The notes beneath the pieces are model-generated. The model did no database searches, was not told the DNA's origin, and saw only the letters and a list, made by a program, of their open reading frames with translations. From Lingula anatina (Eukaryota; Animalia; Brachiopoda), in NCBI GenBank assembly GCA_051362555.1, contig CM120645.1:21204001-21268000 (forward strand): DNA of 64,000 bases, written 5' to 3'. Shown here piece by piece: positions 26,248 to 38,327 of this stretch. The position numbers and the translations under genes were made by a program. Numbering within the stretch: the stretch's first letter is position 1; every line of letters starts with the position of its first letter.

Positions 26248-28194
26248 ACATTGGCGGAACTAGTGCCCCATATCCTCTCTTGCATGTTTAAAACATTCTG
26301 GATTCGCCAGTGTTTTCTTCCTTTATAACCATAAGATATTAAGAAACAAGCAGTGAATGGCTTTTTCAAAATTCCATGCGACGTAAGAGTGCGATAATTA
26401 TTATTTGGATTAAAAATGGGGAATGCGTTTATAACGTTTTGCTGAAATTGTCAATTGTGAAATAACTCACGTTTAGCCGGCAATTGACATAATCGACTGA
26501 ATAACAAACGTTACATTTAAACGAGGACAACAGATTAAAAAATCTTTCACAAAAATATTTTTCAAATATATAAAACATGAACAGTTATAAAATTTGGGTA
26601 AAAATAGAGGGACAGACCATTATATCACTTTTGCTCTCTACATTCACATTCAATGAAAAAAATCATTATCATAAAACATATTGTAGAGACTGCTGACCTA
26701 TACTTCAGGAGATTGATAACATAAACCTTACTGCTGTTTGCTAATTATTCGGAGTCGTGTTATAATCATCACGAACAAATTTAAACCAATAATAAGACGT
26801 AAAAGTTTACTTTTTAGATTAATTTGCAAACACTCGTATATTCACCATCATCAGCTTTTCGAATTCGTAAAATTTTCGCAAATTGAGACAAATTTGAATA
26901 TTCGCTTGTAGCACAAAATAGTTGATTGTGGTACGCGAAAGACAGCGCGAGACTTTTACTTTAACCACCAAGTAAATATGAGAGATTTCATTCTTGGAAA
27001 GGCTTTATAGGTTTTAAAAAATTCCTCAGATTTTTGACACTGTATAACTTAGTGATAAAGAGAAAATATCTGATATTTCAAGGACAATAACAGGAAACTT
27101 CAAAATCTGCGATTAAATATATATCATATATAAAATACACTGTGAATTTGACGTTAGGTACCAATTAAAAGCACCGAAATCCTTTTTAAACAGCATTTTG
27201 CGCCTTTAACAAGCTGAACTATAAGAATTTAGTAATGAATTCTTGCCAAGATGCATAAAAGGAAGTATATTAGTACACGTAGAAAAAGATACATGGTTTT
27301 TTACAATTACCAACAGCTAACTAAATATCAACACGTCAATGGCTAGGAATTAACACGGGACATTCCACAACATTTCTACTTCTCGACTACACTACAGGGT
27401 TTACTGCCTCTACTACTGCTACCAACGGAGTTCAAAATATGAGGCTCTTTTTTCATTTCACCGAACGTAAAGAGATGAAATTATGGAGGAAGCAAAAGAC
27501 TACGTGGGGAAATGCTGAGGAATATCCAAAACAAATTTTAAACATGCAGGCGTCAAAATACTTATCAAAAATGAATCACAAATAAATCACCATTAGATGT
27601 ATAACCTAAATTTCTTAAAATTACACTAAACCCGTTGAAATTCAAATATACGAATACTTGGTGTCTGTACCTCATCGTCTCTAATCCGTGTTTACTCAGA
27701 ACTGGAGGAGTAATATCTCTTTCTAGGGTGTAGGTTGGATCCAAGGAGGAAGGGAGGGGGGCAGGGTGAACCTAGAGAGTTTATCTTACATATCTTAATT
27801 TGACAGGTAAAGCACCATTTACAATAAATAAACAAAAAATTGCAATAAAATACGAAGAACCGGTTTGTGTTCAATATATTTTAAAATTAAGCAGAATAAA
27901 TAATGTTGCTCAGATCTTATCCACCCCAAAATAAAATGGCATCATCTAGGTCACGGGTTATCCAAACATGGTTCGCGTCATGTTTTCATCGGAGTAGTTT
28001 TTGCCAAGTATGTCAAACCATGCAGTCCTATACCGCCACCTCGAGGAAAAAGAAATGAACATTTCTTTTGGTATTGGAAACTTATCCAAGTAAATTTTTG
28101 GGCATGAAATCTCCGGACGATTATTCGTAATGTAGTGGTTTAATGTTTCATCACTTTTTCACGTGCATATGAAAAATTATCCTTCATGCATGCA

Positions 28195-28225
<31 letters not shown>

Positions 28226-28911
28226 CAACACACACACACCCGTGCGCGCACGCGCGCACACTTCTCCAGATACCTTATCTAACACCACTTCTGGCACAGA
28301 AAAACCAAATACTGGTACAGATATCTATATATTGATAATATATTCATAATCATTTATTCAAATTTACGACATTAGTGGTGATATACAGCGATTTCCACGT
28401 GGATAAAAGTGTCCATAAATTTCAAAAGACACCGCCAAATGTCAGCAAATTTATACACAATTAACAGCAGAATGTACTCAGGAAGCGAACATGATTGTGT
28501 GATCCACAAAAAGTTTCGTCTCTGCAGAAAAAAAAAAATCCGCCACGTCGTGTGTGTCCTGATGAAACGTGAAGTGGTCCTTGAAGTCACAGCTTGCATA
28601 AGGAATATAAGGAATGAAGGAGGAATAAAGAGAGGGTTCGAACGAACCACCTTCTTGGCCTAGAAAAGGTCTGCTGTCCAGTTTTAAAAAATTAATTGCA
28701 GCAGACCAATGAGGCATACGCTTGGTTTTCCTTCTACACAAAGTACTTTAACTTGTAGATTATCGAATTATCTTCTATTACTTATCGAAGCCGACTAACA
28801 ACATGGCAAATCAATGTTAAGAAACGTTGTTGTCAGTTCGTGTCAATCATTCGTGGCCATCTCAAAACGAACAGGAAGATTTTTGCTATTTTTTCCTCCA
28901 TCGACGAACAT

Positions 28912-29678
28912 TTACTTGAGCATTTCAGACAAATGCCCGTAACAACAATTTTCTAAGGATTGTCGAAACAATGGGTATGCCTTCTCAGATTTCCCGCTTA
29001 AAATGTCCAATAATTTCCCCACCATTTCTTCCTTTGTTGACATAGTTTTCACAGCTTCCCCTTCACGGTTTGTGAAAATACCTTCTTGTTCCAAGAAGTT
29101 CAATATGTCTTTCACCGATTCATTGCTGATTTTGTCCACCAGATGGCACCGATGCCTTTTGAGAAGACGAACATGGTCCCTTGTCATGGCCATTTTATCT
29201 GGAATCACGAAGCAGAGCGTTTCAGAAATTGAAAACACAAAATGGGAGTTACTTTCATGAAGTAATTAATTTTTTATCGCGGCAATTTTAATTTCTTCCG
29301 CAAAAATATCTAGGTGAATTGAATAGTGGCTAAAATGATTGTAAGTGATTCACTTGCCGATAATTTTTAAAATTCTTCATTCGTGTCTCCTTTTCAGCAT
29401 ACCTTTAAAGTTGACAGAATATTGCATGGATTCACTCCCCACTTAGATATATTTAATCACTCACTCATCTATACCAAATTCTTACTCTCCCTCCTTCCGT
29501 CTCTCTCTCTCTCCTTTCAAAGATCACACTTTCTATCTCACTCATTTTCTATTTATTTTATTTATTTTCTTTTAAATTTCTTTTTGTGTGTACAACCAAA
29601 ATCTATTGCCAGAATTAAAAAAAATATTCAAACTCTATGTATATCACGACGTAAATATAAATTTGGGTCTATTTACCT

Positions 29679-29754
<76 letters not shown>

Positions 29755-30254
29755 GATATATCTAAAGGGATAACAACATTTGAAGGGATAACATCTCTTC
29801 GTATGAGATCTATATTTCACAGTAAAAACATTGTAAACAACTCACAGAAATATAATATACATGTATTCTATTTAACCACAAAACGGCAGTAAAAGCAACT
29901 ATTCTGAAAACTGTGCTTGCCATCACTTCACGTGACCGCCACAGATGGCTATACTCTGTAATAATCTCTTCAGAGAAAAACAGATATTCTCAAAATAAAA
30001 CTGACTTTCAATAATCAACAAACAGCCTTAACTGTATTGGGACCTTACTGTTGTACAGGGTGTTCACAAATCTTCAGAGATTATTACAAAAAGCAAACTT
30101 TTAAGGAAAAAAAAAAAAAAAACAGGGACCAACTTTGAATGTAGAAATGGATTCATTAACCATTGGCAAGTATGGGTAAATTGTGTTTACCCTAGGAAAA
30201 TTCATTTTTTGGTCAAATTAAACAGTTGTTATTCCTTTAAGCAAGCATGCACTG

Positions 30255-30305
<51 letters not shown>

Positions 30306-31224
30306 CCTGGATCTTTTTCCCCTGTCGCCATCTCATCACCACTCCGACTTTCGTCAGTTTGTTCCTCTGACCCTGCACATGCACCCTCCTCCGACTCTGA
30401 GCTGGAGAGATCCTCCTTGACCTCTGATATTGGAGAAAATATTGTTCATGTGTCTGGACATTTATAGTACAGGTAAAAATAATTAGACAATGATCTGAAA
30501 TGGTGATAAATAATCTGATATACTATTTGTAATTTTGATACACTTATATATGTTATCATTCATAAATTTTCATAAGTTTTTTATTTGTAATATTCAACTG
30601 TAGTCTATATAGTGAGGACATACACTATTGGTGCAAAATGTCAACCTTTTGATTGCAATTTTCAAATAAATAATGATTATTTAAAAAACAGATATTCTCA
30701 AAATAAAACTGACTTTCAATAATCAACAAACAGACGTAACCCTATTGTTGTACATAAAATACATTAATACTGATATTGTATACATGTATATACTTGTCTG
30801 TAAAAATACCTTCCTTTGATTGTTATCAGAAGGAAACCCACCCCTTATTATTAAAACATAAAAATAATTGGAAAATATATAACACATATATCACAAGTAA
30901 AAAAAAAAGTCAAGTCTTACCATTTGTGCCATTGGCTTTGCCACTTTTTATATTTTTTATCCTCTGTTCTACCTTATCCAGGTGTCTATTTAATTTCTCG
31001 AGACCAACCTTTTTGAAAACCTTCCTGAGTTTGTTGTATTTTCCTTCAGATATTATCATTCTATTGTTAAGTTCATTTAGAAGATCTAATGTGTCCATAT
31101 TCTCTATTCTTCCGGCTCCAATTTTTCTGGTAAAGCAATGCTTTATCAGCTTTAACTGATCTTCAGTTATTTCATTCTTAAGCCGTATCGTTAATAAACT
31201 GTGGATTCCCGCGGCAGACGCCAT
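28912..31224 (-). CDS. Death-fold adaptor, N-terminal DED + acidic linker + C-terminal CARD, 235 aa
   Basis: Exons 31224-30921 (DED-like: ITEDQLKLIK..IGAGRIE..TLDLLNEL..IISEG..KLRKVFKKVGLEKL), 30423-30307 (EVKEDLSSSESEEGACAGSEEQTDESRSGDEMATGEKDP) and 29198-28912 (CARD: LLKRHRCHLV..LEQEGIFT..KLLDILSGKSEKAYPLFRQSL..HLSEML*). Both introns phase 1, GT-AG, 708 nt total; in-frame TGA upstream of the ATG and an acceptor at 31252-31253 implying a non-coding first exon. Confidence 0.85.
29762..30240. mobile_element. MITE family B copy (longer, diverged) in an intron of the DED-CARD gene
   Basis: Shares CTCTTCGTATGAGATCTATATTTCAC, GATGGCTATACTCTG and GGATTCATTAACCATTGG with 37130-37474; ends CCTTTAA. 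Confidence 0.7.
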
Positions 31225-32015
31225 CTCGTGTTGTCCACATCAAAGGTGCCACTGATTAATGTAAAAGAAAATGTCTGTTAGAACTGACCATACCCAATAC
31301 CAGATCCAGGTCTCTTTTGGGGAATATATCCAAGGCACAGTTGGCAGGTGCCCCGTATTGTCTTTGTCTGCCTTAGTTTTATTTTATTTTATTCATTTAT
31401 CTATTTATTTATTTATTTATTTATTTTTTTTTGACAAGTGAAGGAAGGCAAATTGTTATCAATGCAACCGCATCCTCCTGAGAGAAATTCTTGATCATCC
31501 AGTAGCCTTCTAACTAGCACAGCATTAGTTTTACAGGTTAACTGTCTCTGACACAGTAAGTTATTTATTAACATTTTAACTAGAAGAAATGTATGGGGTG
31601 TTCAGTTCACAAAAATAACCCCATAACTAGTAAATTTTTAAAAAAATTAATGGAGTTGTTTGCTTGTGCACTCGACTCATTTTATGGCATAACATGTATT
31701 TATATAACGTGTGTTCTCGAGAAATTTGAGTAATTAAAATTTATAGGCCTATGTGCCGCTCAACAGTGTAGCATTGGATCCACCTAAGATAAGAAATTTG
31801 GATACAAGCCTTCGGAATTTTAATTCTTATGTTAAAACATCGAGAGGATCAAATTTAGAGAGACTGTTTGGGAGAACTAAGAAGAATGACACGAATAATG
31901 GGAAAGGGTTCCGAAGTTGAATACTTCACCTAGAACGATGTAGTTAGTCAGTAGGCCTACCCATTTCATTACATATATCTGGCAGTTTGGGGGGGGGGGG
32001 GGGGGGGGAGCTGGG

Positions 32016-32096
32016 GAAGAATATGCACATAATTAATATGCGGCCCTTGCACCCTCTACCATGCAGGGCCGCATATTAATTATGTGCATTTTCTTC
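32016..32096. repeat. Near-perfect inverted repeat (about 35-bp arms, about 10-nt loop)
   Basis: GAAGAATATGCACATAATTAATATGCGGCCCT..AGGGCCGCATATTAATTATGTGCATTTTCTTC. Confidence 0.9.
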
Positions 32097-32894
32097 AGCG
32101 AATCGTTTTATGAATTATATTAGCCACAGACATACAGAGACATATAAAATTTAGGAATATCTAGTAAAAATCCATCTGTGACACTGGTGGTACAGATGAT
32201 CACTGGAGGGTAGGCTCCTGGGTATAGGACTTTCTGTATGTAGGCTACTGAGTGTTGAGGAAGCCTATATAATATCGGTCGCACAACTTTACCTTCACGA
32301 TTATAGATTACCTCAGCAGTACAAAAGCCCTAGGCTAAGGTCACGGCTGGGGACATCGAAGGGCTGTTGACAGGTGACCCAATTAAGGAGTCCTTTCTCG
32401 TCCTTCATGTAAAACTCATTTCATTTATTTATTACCTTGGTCTCTTGAGGACCATCAGTCTAGTACTGGTACAAATGTTACAACGACTATAGTTGCAACT
32501 CCCAGACCTACCAATGTCAATGGAAGGCTTAATCACAGTTGTTTCAATAAAATTAGAAATTAACTAGGCATTCTCCTTATTTCGTAGAAAACAGATTTGG
32601 TAGAACTAATAGTTTCGATTTCCGCCTCACTTAATTTTAAAAGATCTTAAGAAAGACCGGTTCGATTACAGCCTATCAAAGTGTTAAGTTGTGGCATTTG
32701 CCCTTTTCTAGTCAATGACAAAACCTTAGGTTGCTTCTCTGTGATAATTGGCACTCTGTCCGCTCTAAAATAATGACGTCCACGAGATACAACACCGGCA
32801 CGCTGTTGCCAGGAACTGCCTGCTAGTCGTCCATATTTGAGGAACTACACTGTATAGGTCACATGACCTATGACGCGTTGCTAAATATAGCCAT

Positions 32895-32904
32895 GGGATT
32901 TCCC
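32895..32904. promoter_or_regulatory. Consensus NF-kB site upstream of the DED-CARD gene
   Basis: GGGATTTCCC matches GGGRNNYYCC; motif match only. Confidence 0.45.
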
Positions 32905-34357
32905 TTTCACTGCTGTCCCAACTAACTGTAACCCCTACTTTTAATTAAAAAGTGGCGAATTTCAGTGGGGTCCTGACCCCCAGGTTCCTGAAAAATTATA
33001 TGACACCAATATTCCCCTCATGATATTAGAATTTTGACTAGCTAAATCATAGTTCTAAACCGTACTAAAGGGCACTGTTTGCTCTCCAAAACATCAAATC
33101 AATTAGGGGGCCTTCAGGGCCCCAAACTCCACACCAATGGGGAGATAATCGGCTCCGTCACGTAGTCATAAAATCGAGACCCAGTTTCCTATTAAATCGT
33201 TATTTTATTTATTCTTTATTTTTGCCTCAGGTTTTAAAAATCTTAAATATGGAATATTTATGCCTAATAATGTGAGAATTGTAATCAATTAAAATATTTA
33301 CTTTATTCCTGACTCGGACAAAAATGAATAAAAAGTGAAAATACAACAGAAAAGGCCTACTGGTAAAAATAAATAAATAAATATGATAAAAGATTAGATA
33401 ATTCTAATCAAATATAATCAATTAATGAGACTAGCAATGTCCCAGAGTCTATACAGTAAATTAAAAGAAGAAAAATGCAGTAAAACCCTTTAAAATTTGT
33501 GTTATTATTTTTATCAATGAAACATCAAAATATCACATTTGCAGATCTCTAAGTAAGTAGAACCACAGACTGATATGCACATACCAGTATATGAACTCAT
33601 TCTGACATATTCAAGATTTAAAGAAAGGGATGCATAAAACTGATACTCCATTATTCTTCTCTCATATCAATGGTTATATATTATACTTGTTAACTCAATT
33701 AATAATAATGAAAAAGCATCATCTATAGGATTCCAATTTAGTTGTACCGGTACTGGTAATATTTTCACGAGTGATTTATATATGCTTAAATCATGATATT
33801 ACATAAGTCATTAAGATATAAACAGTGACCTGTACATATCATTCATCTAAGTAAAGAATAAATCTATTTTATCATCCTATTTGGAGACCATGGAAAACCT
33901 GTTTCATAGTTGCAATAAAAATCATATCACAGAGAGGAACAAAAATAATGAGGTCATTCTGTAGGGCTATCTTTTCAAAGTTAATCATATAGTCATTTCA
34001 CTTAAGAAGAGGAATCAATTAAGTGTCTCATTATGTGTATAGATTCTGTACTGTACAGGACGGGATTGCTTGTTCATGATATGTTATACAAGGGGTAAAT
34101 CTAGAGGTCATTTCCAGATGTGTACAATTGGTGCAAAAGGTATTTTCGCCAGTTGTAATTAATTTTTGCCAAGGTTTGCCAAAGTATAATACTAATAATA
34201 AAAAAATAATAATGATATTGATGCTGAAGTCCTAATTTTTCAACTGTCCAAACAGACATAAATATTTGTCCACTTGTCAATGAATTGAAAATTCACTGTC
34301 CTAGTTTTATTGAAATAAACCATCCAGGGTGTTTACCAAGGGCCTGCATGGGCTCTC

Positions 34358-36004
34358 CTACTGTTTTGGCCAAAAATATACCAGCTTGGTTAACATGGAA
34401 GTTATGCATGGAACCTGTTTCTTTTTGCTCATTGCCTTGGAGGCTGCATTAGACTCAAACTCGTATGCCACTTTCCTGTTAACAATGGTCAACAAGCTTA
34501 GGATGTCCAACTGTTGACCGTAGTCTCCCAGGACCTGAATGAGTGCCTGCATGAACCAAGATCCATTCGTCGGGTTACGCCAAGAAAAAAATCCTGGGAA
34601 AAAATAAGTATTGTCCATAACCTTTCCCGAGAAAGAAGAATTTTTACCACTTATTTTTCCATTTCTTTTTCTTATATTTTAATTTCCTTTTTTTGTAAAT
34701 TATGTTTGTACTTAATTGTGGCAATTAAAGTTCATAACCATAAAGCGCTAGGCACAACAATGTACAGTCATTCAAATTTTCCTCAAATAAAAAATTCAAA
34801 ACTCAAGAATCTATCAACCATACCTACCTGGCACCACAGAGTAAGCAATGAGGAAGTCTGCCTCGGCAGGAATTTTGTGCACATGGTTTCTACCGTCTAG
34901 CTCATCCAGACCTGCTTCATCAGCAACCTCTACACCTCCGTCTAGTTTAGTGCCTCGACAAGCCTGCGAAATGAAATAGAGTGTATATATAAAAGAGAAG
35001 TCCAACACAATTGCACAACTTGAACATTTTAGGACCAAGAAAGTTCAAGTTATGTGAATTAAGATTGAAGTTAGGCAAGATTCAAATTAATTTTAGTTAA
35101 TACCAAAGAGAAAATCTATATTGCTTAAAACAAATGAAAATTTGAGTAATATAAAGTGAATGAGTTATGCAAATCATGTAATTATCTTACATTTAGAGGG
35201 GCACTTTTTTATGCACACTGTGCTTATCCAAAAAAGAAAGTTGCCAGGCTGAAAAATTTAGGGTACAGTCCAAAGTTGCACAGTAAATTAAATAAAGAGA
35301 TTTATTATGATTTTCTTTAATGTTGCAATACAATAAAGATCAATTACTGTATACGCTGAATACAATAAGTAACAAACATGTTTCAATAAAAAATACACAG
35401 TTTTGTACATTCATTTACACCTCCTAACTAAAAAAACTAGGCTTCTATTTTTCTACTTTTTGTGTACGCATGACATTTCGGGGTCATGTCGATACTCCCC
35501 TGCACCCATAATCCCCCTTAGTAAATTTTTTGTGTATTATGCATATCAAACGACCCCACACCAATAGATAGCCACATCGATACATCCACTATAAAACTGC
35601 GGATGGAGGCGCACCGTTACTCCCCCACGTACTCCAATACTCCCCCACATCTTTGCTTCCCCAAATCATTACTGAGGGGGAGTATTGGTGCGGGGAAGTA
35701 TAGAGATGTAACCGACATTTCCCCCTTGCTAGTGTATAAATGAAATATTGTTCTTTTTTCACTGCTATATAAAATCACTCAATGTATCTTAACCAAAGCA
35801 ACAAGAAATGCTGACTCAGTTTACCTGAATGAAAATGAGCTTTGGTTTCCCTGCTAATGTTGGACACTTGTCTCCCTTCAGAGGGGCTAGTAATATATCC
35901 AACTCCACTATACCATCAGTGCCATAAACAATTCCCTCGTCCCCATGTGACATAACTACCAAAGCCAGACAATCATTTTTGGAGTGATTACGGCGACCAA
36001 CTGA

Positions 36005-36048
<44 letters not shown>

Positions 36049-36936
36049 AAATAGTTCATTTTCCACAGCTAAGTTAAATAAAATAAATTAGAAAACAAGT
36101 TTAACTTTCCATGATAGAAATACTGGTAGAATTTAAGCAGTCTTGAAAGCAAATGTCAAAAAAATTCATGCTGATATGAGGCTTGCATGCATGTGAAAGT
36201 AAGCAGATAATTACTGAGTCGACAGGCTAAATGTTTAGATGCAATATGTAACCAGACAAATATTCCTTACTATTTCTTAAATAAATAATAATTATAAATA
36301 AAAGGAACTGCTGACTGCTACAGTATGAATTCATGAAAACATATAATCTTCTATAAGAATTAAAATAAAAGGCAGACGTACTTAATTCAACAGCGAAATG
36401 CTTTAGATTGAATAAAAACGGATTTTTATCATTACTTCTCACCTTCACGCATGGTTCTTAACATCTGCGAACATGTTAAGTTCTCATAAGGCTCTACAAC
36501 AAAACCCAGTGCCTCAAATCTGTTCTTAATCCCTTCTGCATCCTGCTTTGTACCTCGTCTCTCCTCCTTGTCAGTTGGTGGTTGAAAGACTTGATTGTTG
36601 ATGACGATGGCATAACCTCTTTTTTTATGAGTCATCTTGTACTTCATGTCATGGTCTCCTAGAACTAAAAAATAAATAAATAAATAAATAAATAAAAATA
36701 CATCAATTTCACCTTAATTTAATTGAAATTAATTTAATGGTTTAAATCCCAGATTACCCTACCCTCTACCAGGACCACAGATTGATTTTTCACTCGATAT
36801 TAACAGATATGTCTCTGGCTAATTCATGTGCACATAATTGATCTGTGGTCCTGGTTAACTTTAAAGATTACATGCAGGAATCCAACCCTTTGATTGCAAT
36901 CCATACCTAAATTTCACCTCATTAACTTTAATGAAA

Positions 36937-36995
<59 letters not shown>

Positions 36996-37598
36996 ACTGT
37001 GCTGCACATACAGATACAGATTGAGACAGTTCAGATACTGGCGTAACTTACCAATACAGCCAAACAGACACGTACATAGTTTAATTAAAAACGACTTTAA
37101 AAAAATTACTTGTCACATTTCATTTAACATTAAAGGGATAATAACTCTTCGTATGAGATCTATATTTCACAATAAATACATTGTGAGTAACTCATAGAAA
37201 TATCATATATTCTGTTTTACCACAAAAACAGCAGTTATAGCTTTTATTCTGATATCTGAGCTTGTCTTTAGACCACGTGACCTCCATTGATGGCTATACT
37301 CTGTTAAAATCTCTTAAGAGATTTTAACAAAAAACCAAACTTTTTAGAAAAAAACCAGGGACTAACTTTGAATGTAAAAATGGATTCATTAACCATTGGT
37401 AAGTATGGGAAAATTGTTGTTTACTCCAGGAAAATTCATTTTTTGGCCGAAACAAAGAGTTATTATCCCTTTAAGATCACTGAATTAAGAAGAATTACAT
37501 GCATCTCATTTTTTATAACCATGCAACATAATCAGCAATGACAATTTCTTTATATTTATAAAATGCCACAAACTCATTTCATCTTTTGTGTCCTCCAT
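34358..37598 (-). CDS. Effector caspase (caspase-3/7-like), paralogue A, about 264 aa, very short N-terminus
   Basis: Exons 37598-37574 (MEDTKDEM; weak GTTTGT donor, least certain), 36664-36443 ([16 protein letters not shown]), 36000-35825 ([13 protein letters not shown]), 34963-34828 ([12 protein letters not shown]), 34593-34358 ([21 protein letters not shown]). Catalytic His (SHG) and Cys (QACRG) intact. Confidence 0.9.
35480..35713. mobile_element. MITE with imperfect TIRs in a caspase A intron
   Basis: GGTCATGTCGATACTCCCC.. versus ..GGGGAAGTATAGAGATGTAACC, flanked by direct repeat GACATTTC (35472-35479, 35714-35721). Confidence 0.65.
37130..37474. mobile_element. MITE family B copy in the first coding intron of caspase A
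   Basis: TTAA-AGGGATAATAACTCTT...AAGAGTTATTATCCCT-TTAA, perfect TIR. Confidence 0.85.
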
Positions 37599-37878
37599 CT
37601 TGCAGATCTTGTATTCCGTATGAAGTGTACAAGTGGTCAGTCTGAAGAGCTGCAGGTAGAACTCCAGCTTTTATACATACTTAACATAATAACTGTGAAT
37701 CACTTCAGGTTTAAAATATACACCTGGAAATAACAGTGACTAATGGGGAATTGGAAACACCTCATAACTTTGAACAATGGCTCAATTACTTTTCTTTCTT
37801 CGCCACTTCAGACCCAGCTCAGTCCTAAGCATAATATCAAAGGAATATTGTTGAAAAGAAAAATAATGTGTCATCCAC

Positions 37879-38327
37879 TTTCACTTTCTCATCAGAAAAG
37901 AAGGTTGAATTGATTTCTTTTGAATTTGATATGACTCTACTGCATATTGTCACAAACTTTCACTTTCTCATTAGAAAAGAAAGTTCAATTCATTTGAATT
38001 GGAAGTGACTCGATATTGTCATACCTCAGGAACGTGTTTTAATTAACCTCAGGAAAATTGTATTTAAAATATGTTAACCAAATATACTATTTAACATAAT
38101 GAGATAATAAATTAATTAACATTTAATTGAGAAAATGAAAGTACAGCTATATATAATAATATGAATTTCAAAGCAAATATAAATACATGGTTGAATTCAC
38201 TCATACAAATGAATATACATGTAAAATTTTGTTGAGTTTGAATCGACTATCAATTGTAAGGAAATCCCAACTGAAATTCCTTGATCCAAAGCAGATATAT
38301 GTTCTTACATGAGTCCCAGGTTTCCCC
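37879..38327 (-). promoter_or_regulatory. Cluster of IRF-like and kB-like motifs upstream of caspase A
   Basis: GAAAGTGAAA on the minus strand at 37879-37888 and 37958-37967 (within a ~79-bp tandem duplication); GGGATTTCCT at 38259-38268 and GGGGAAACCT at 38318-38327 (minus strand). Motif matches only. Confidence 0.4.

Noticed and set aside
22930-27900. Possible hidden gene between the mucin-like and DED-CARD genes (scattered donor-like sites)
   Set aside because: No phase-consistent exon chain or recognisable protein motif found on either strand.
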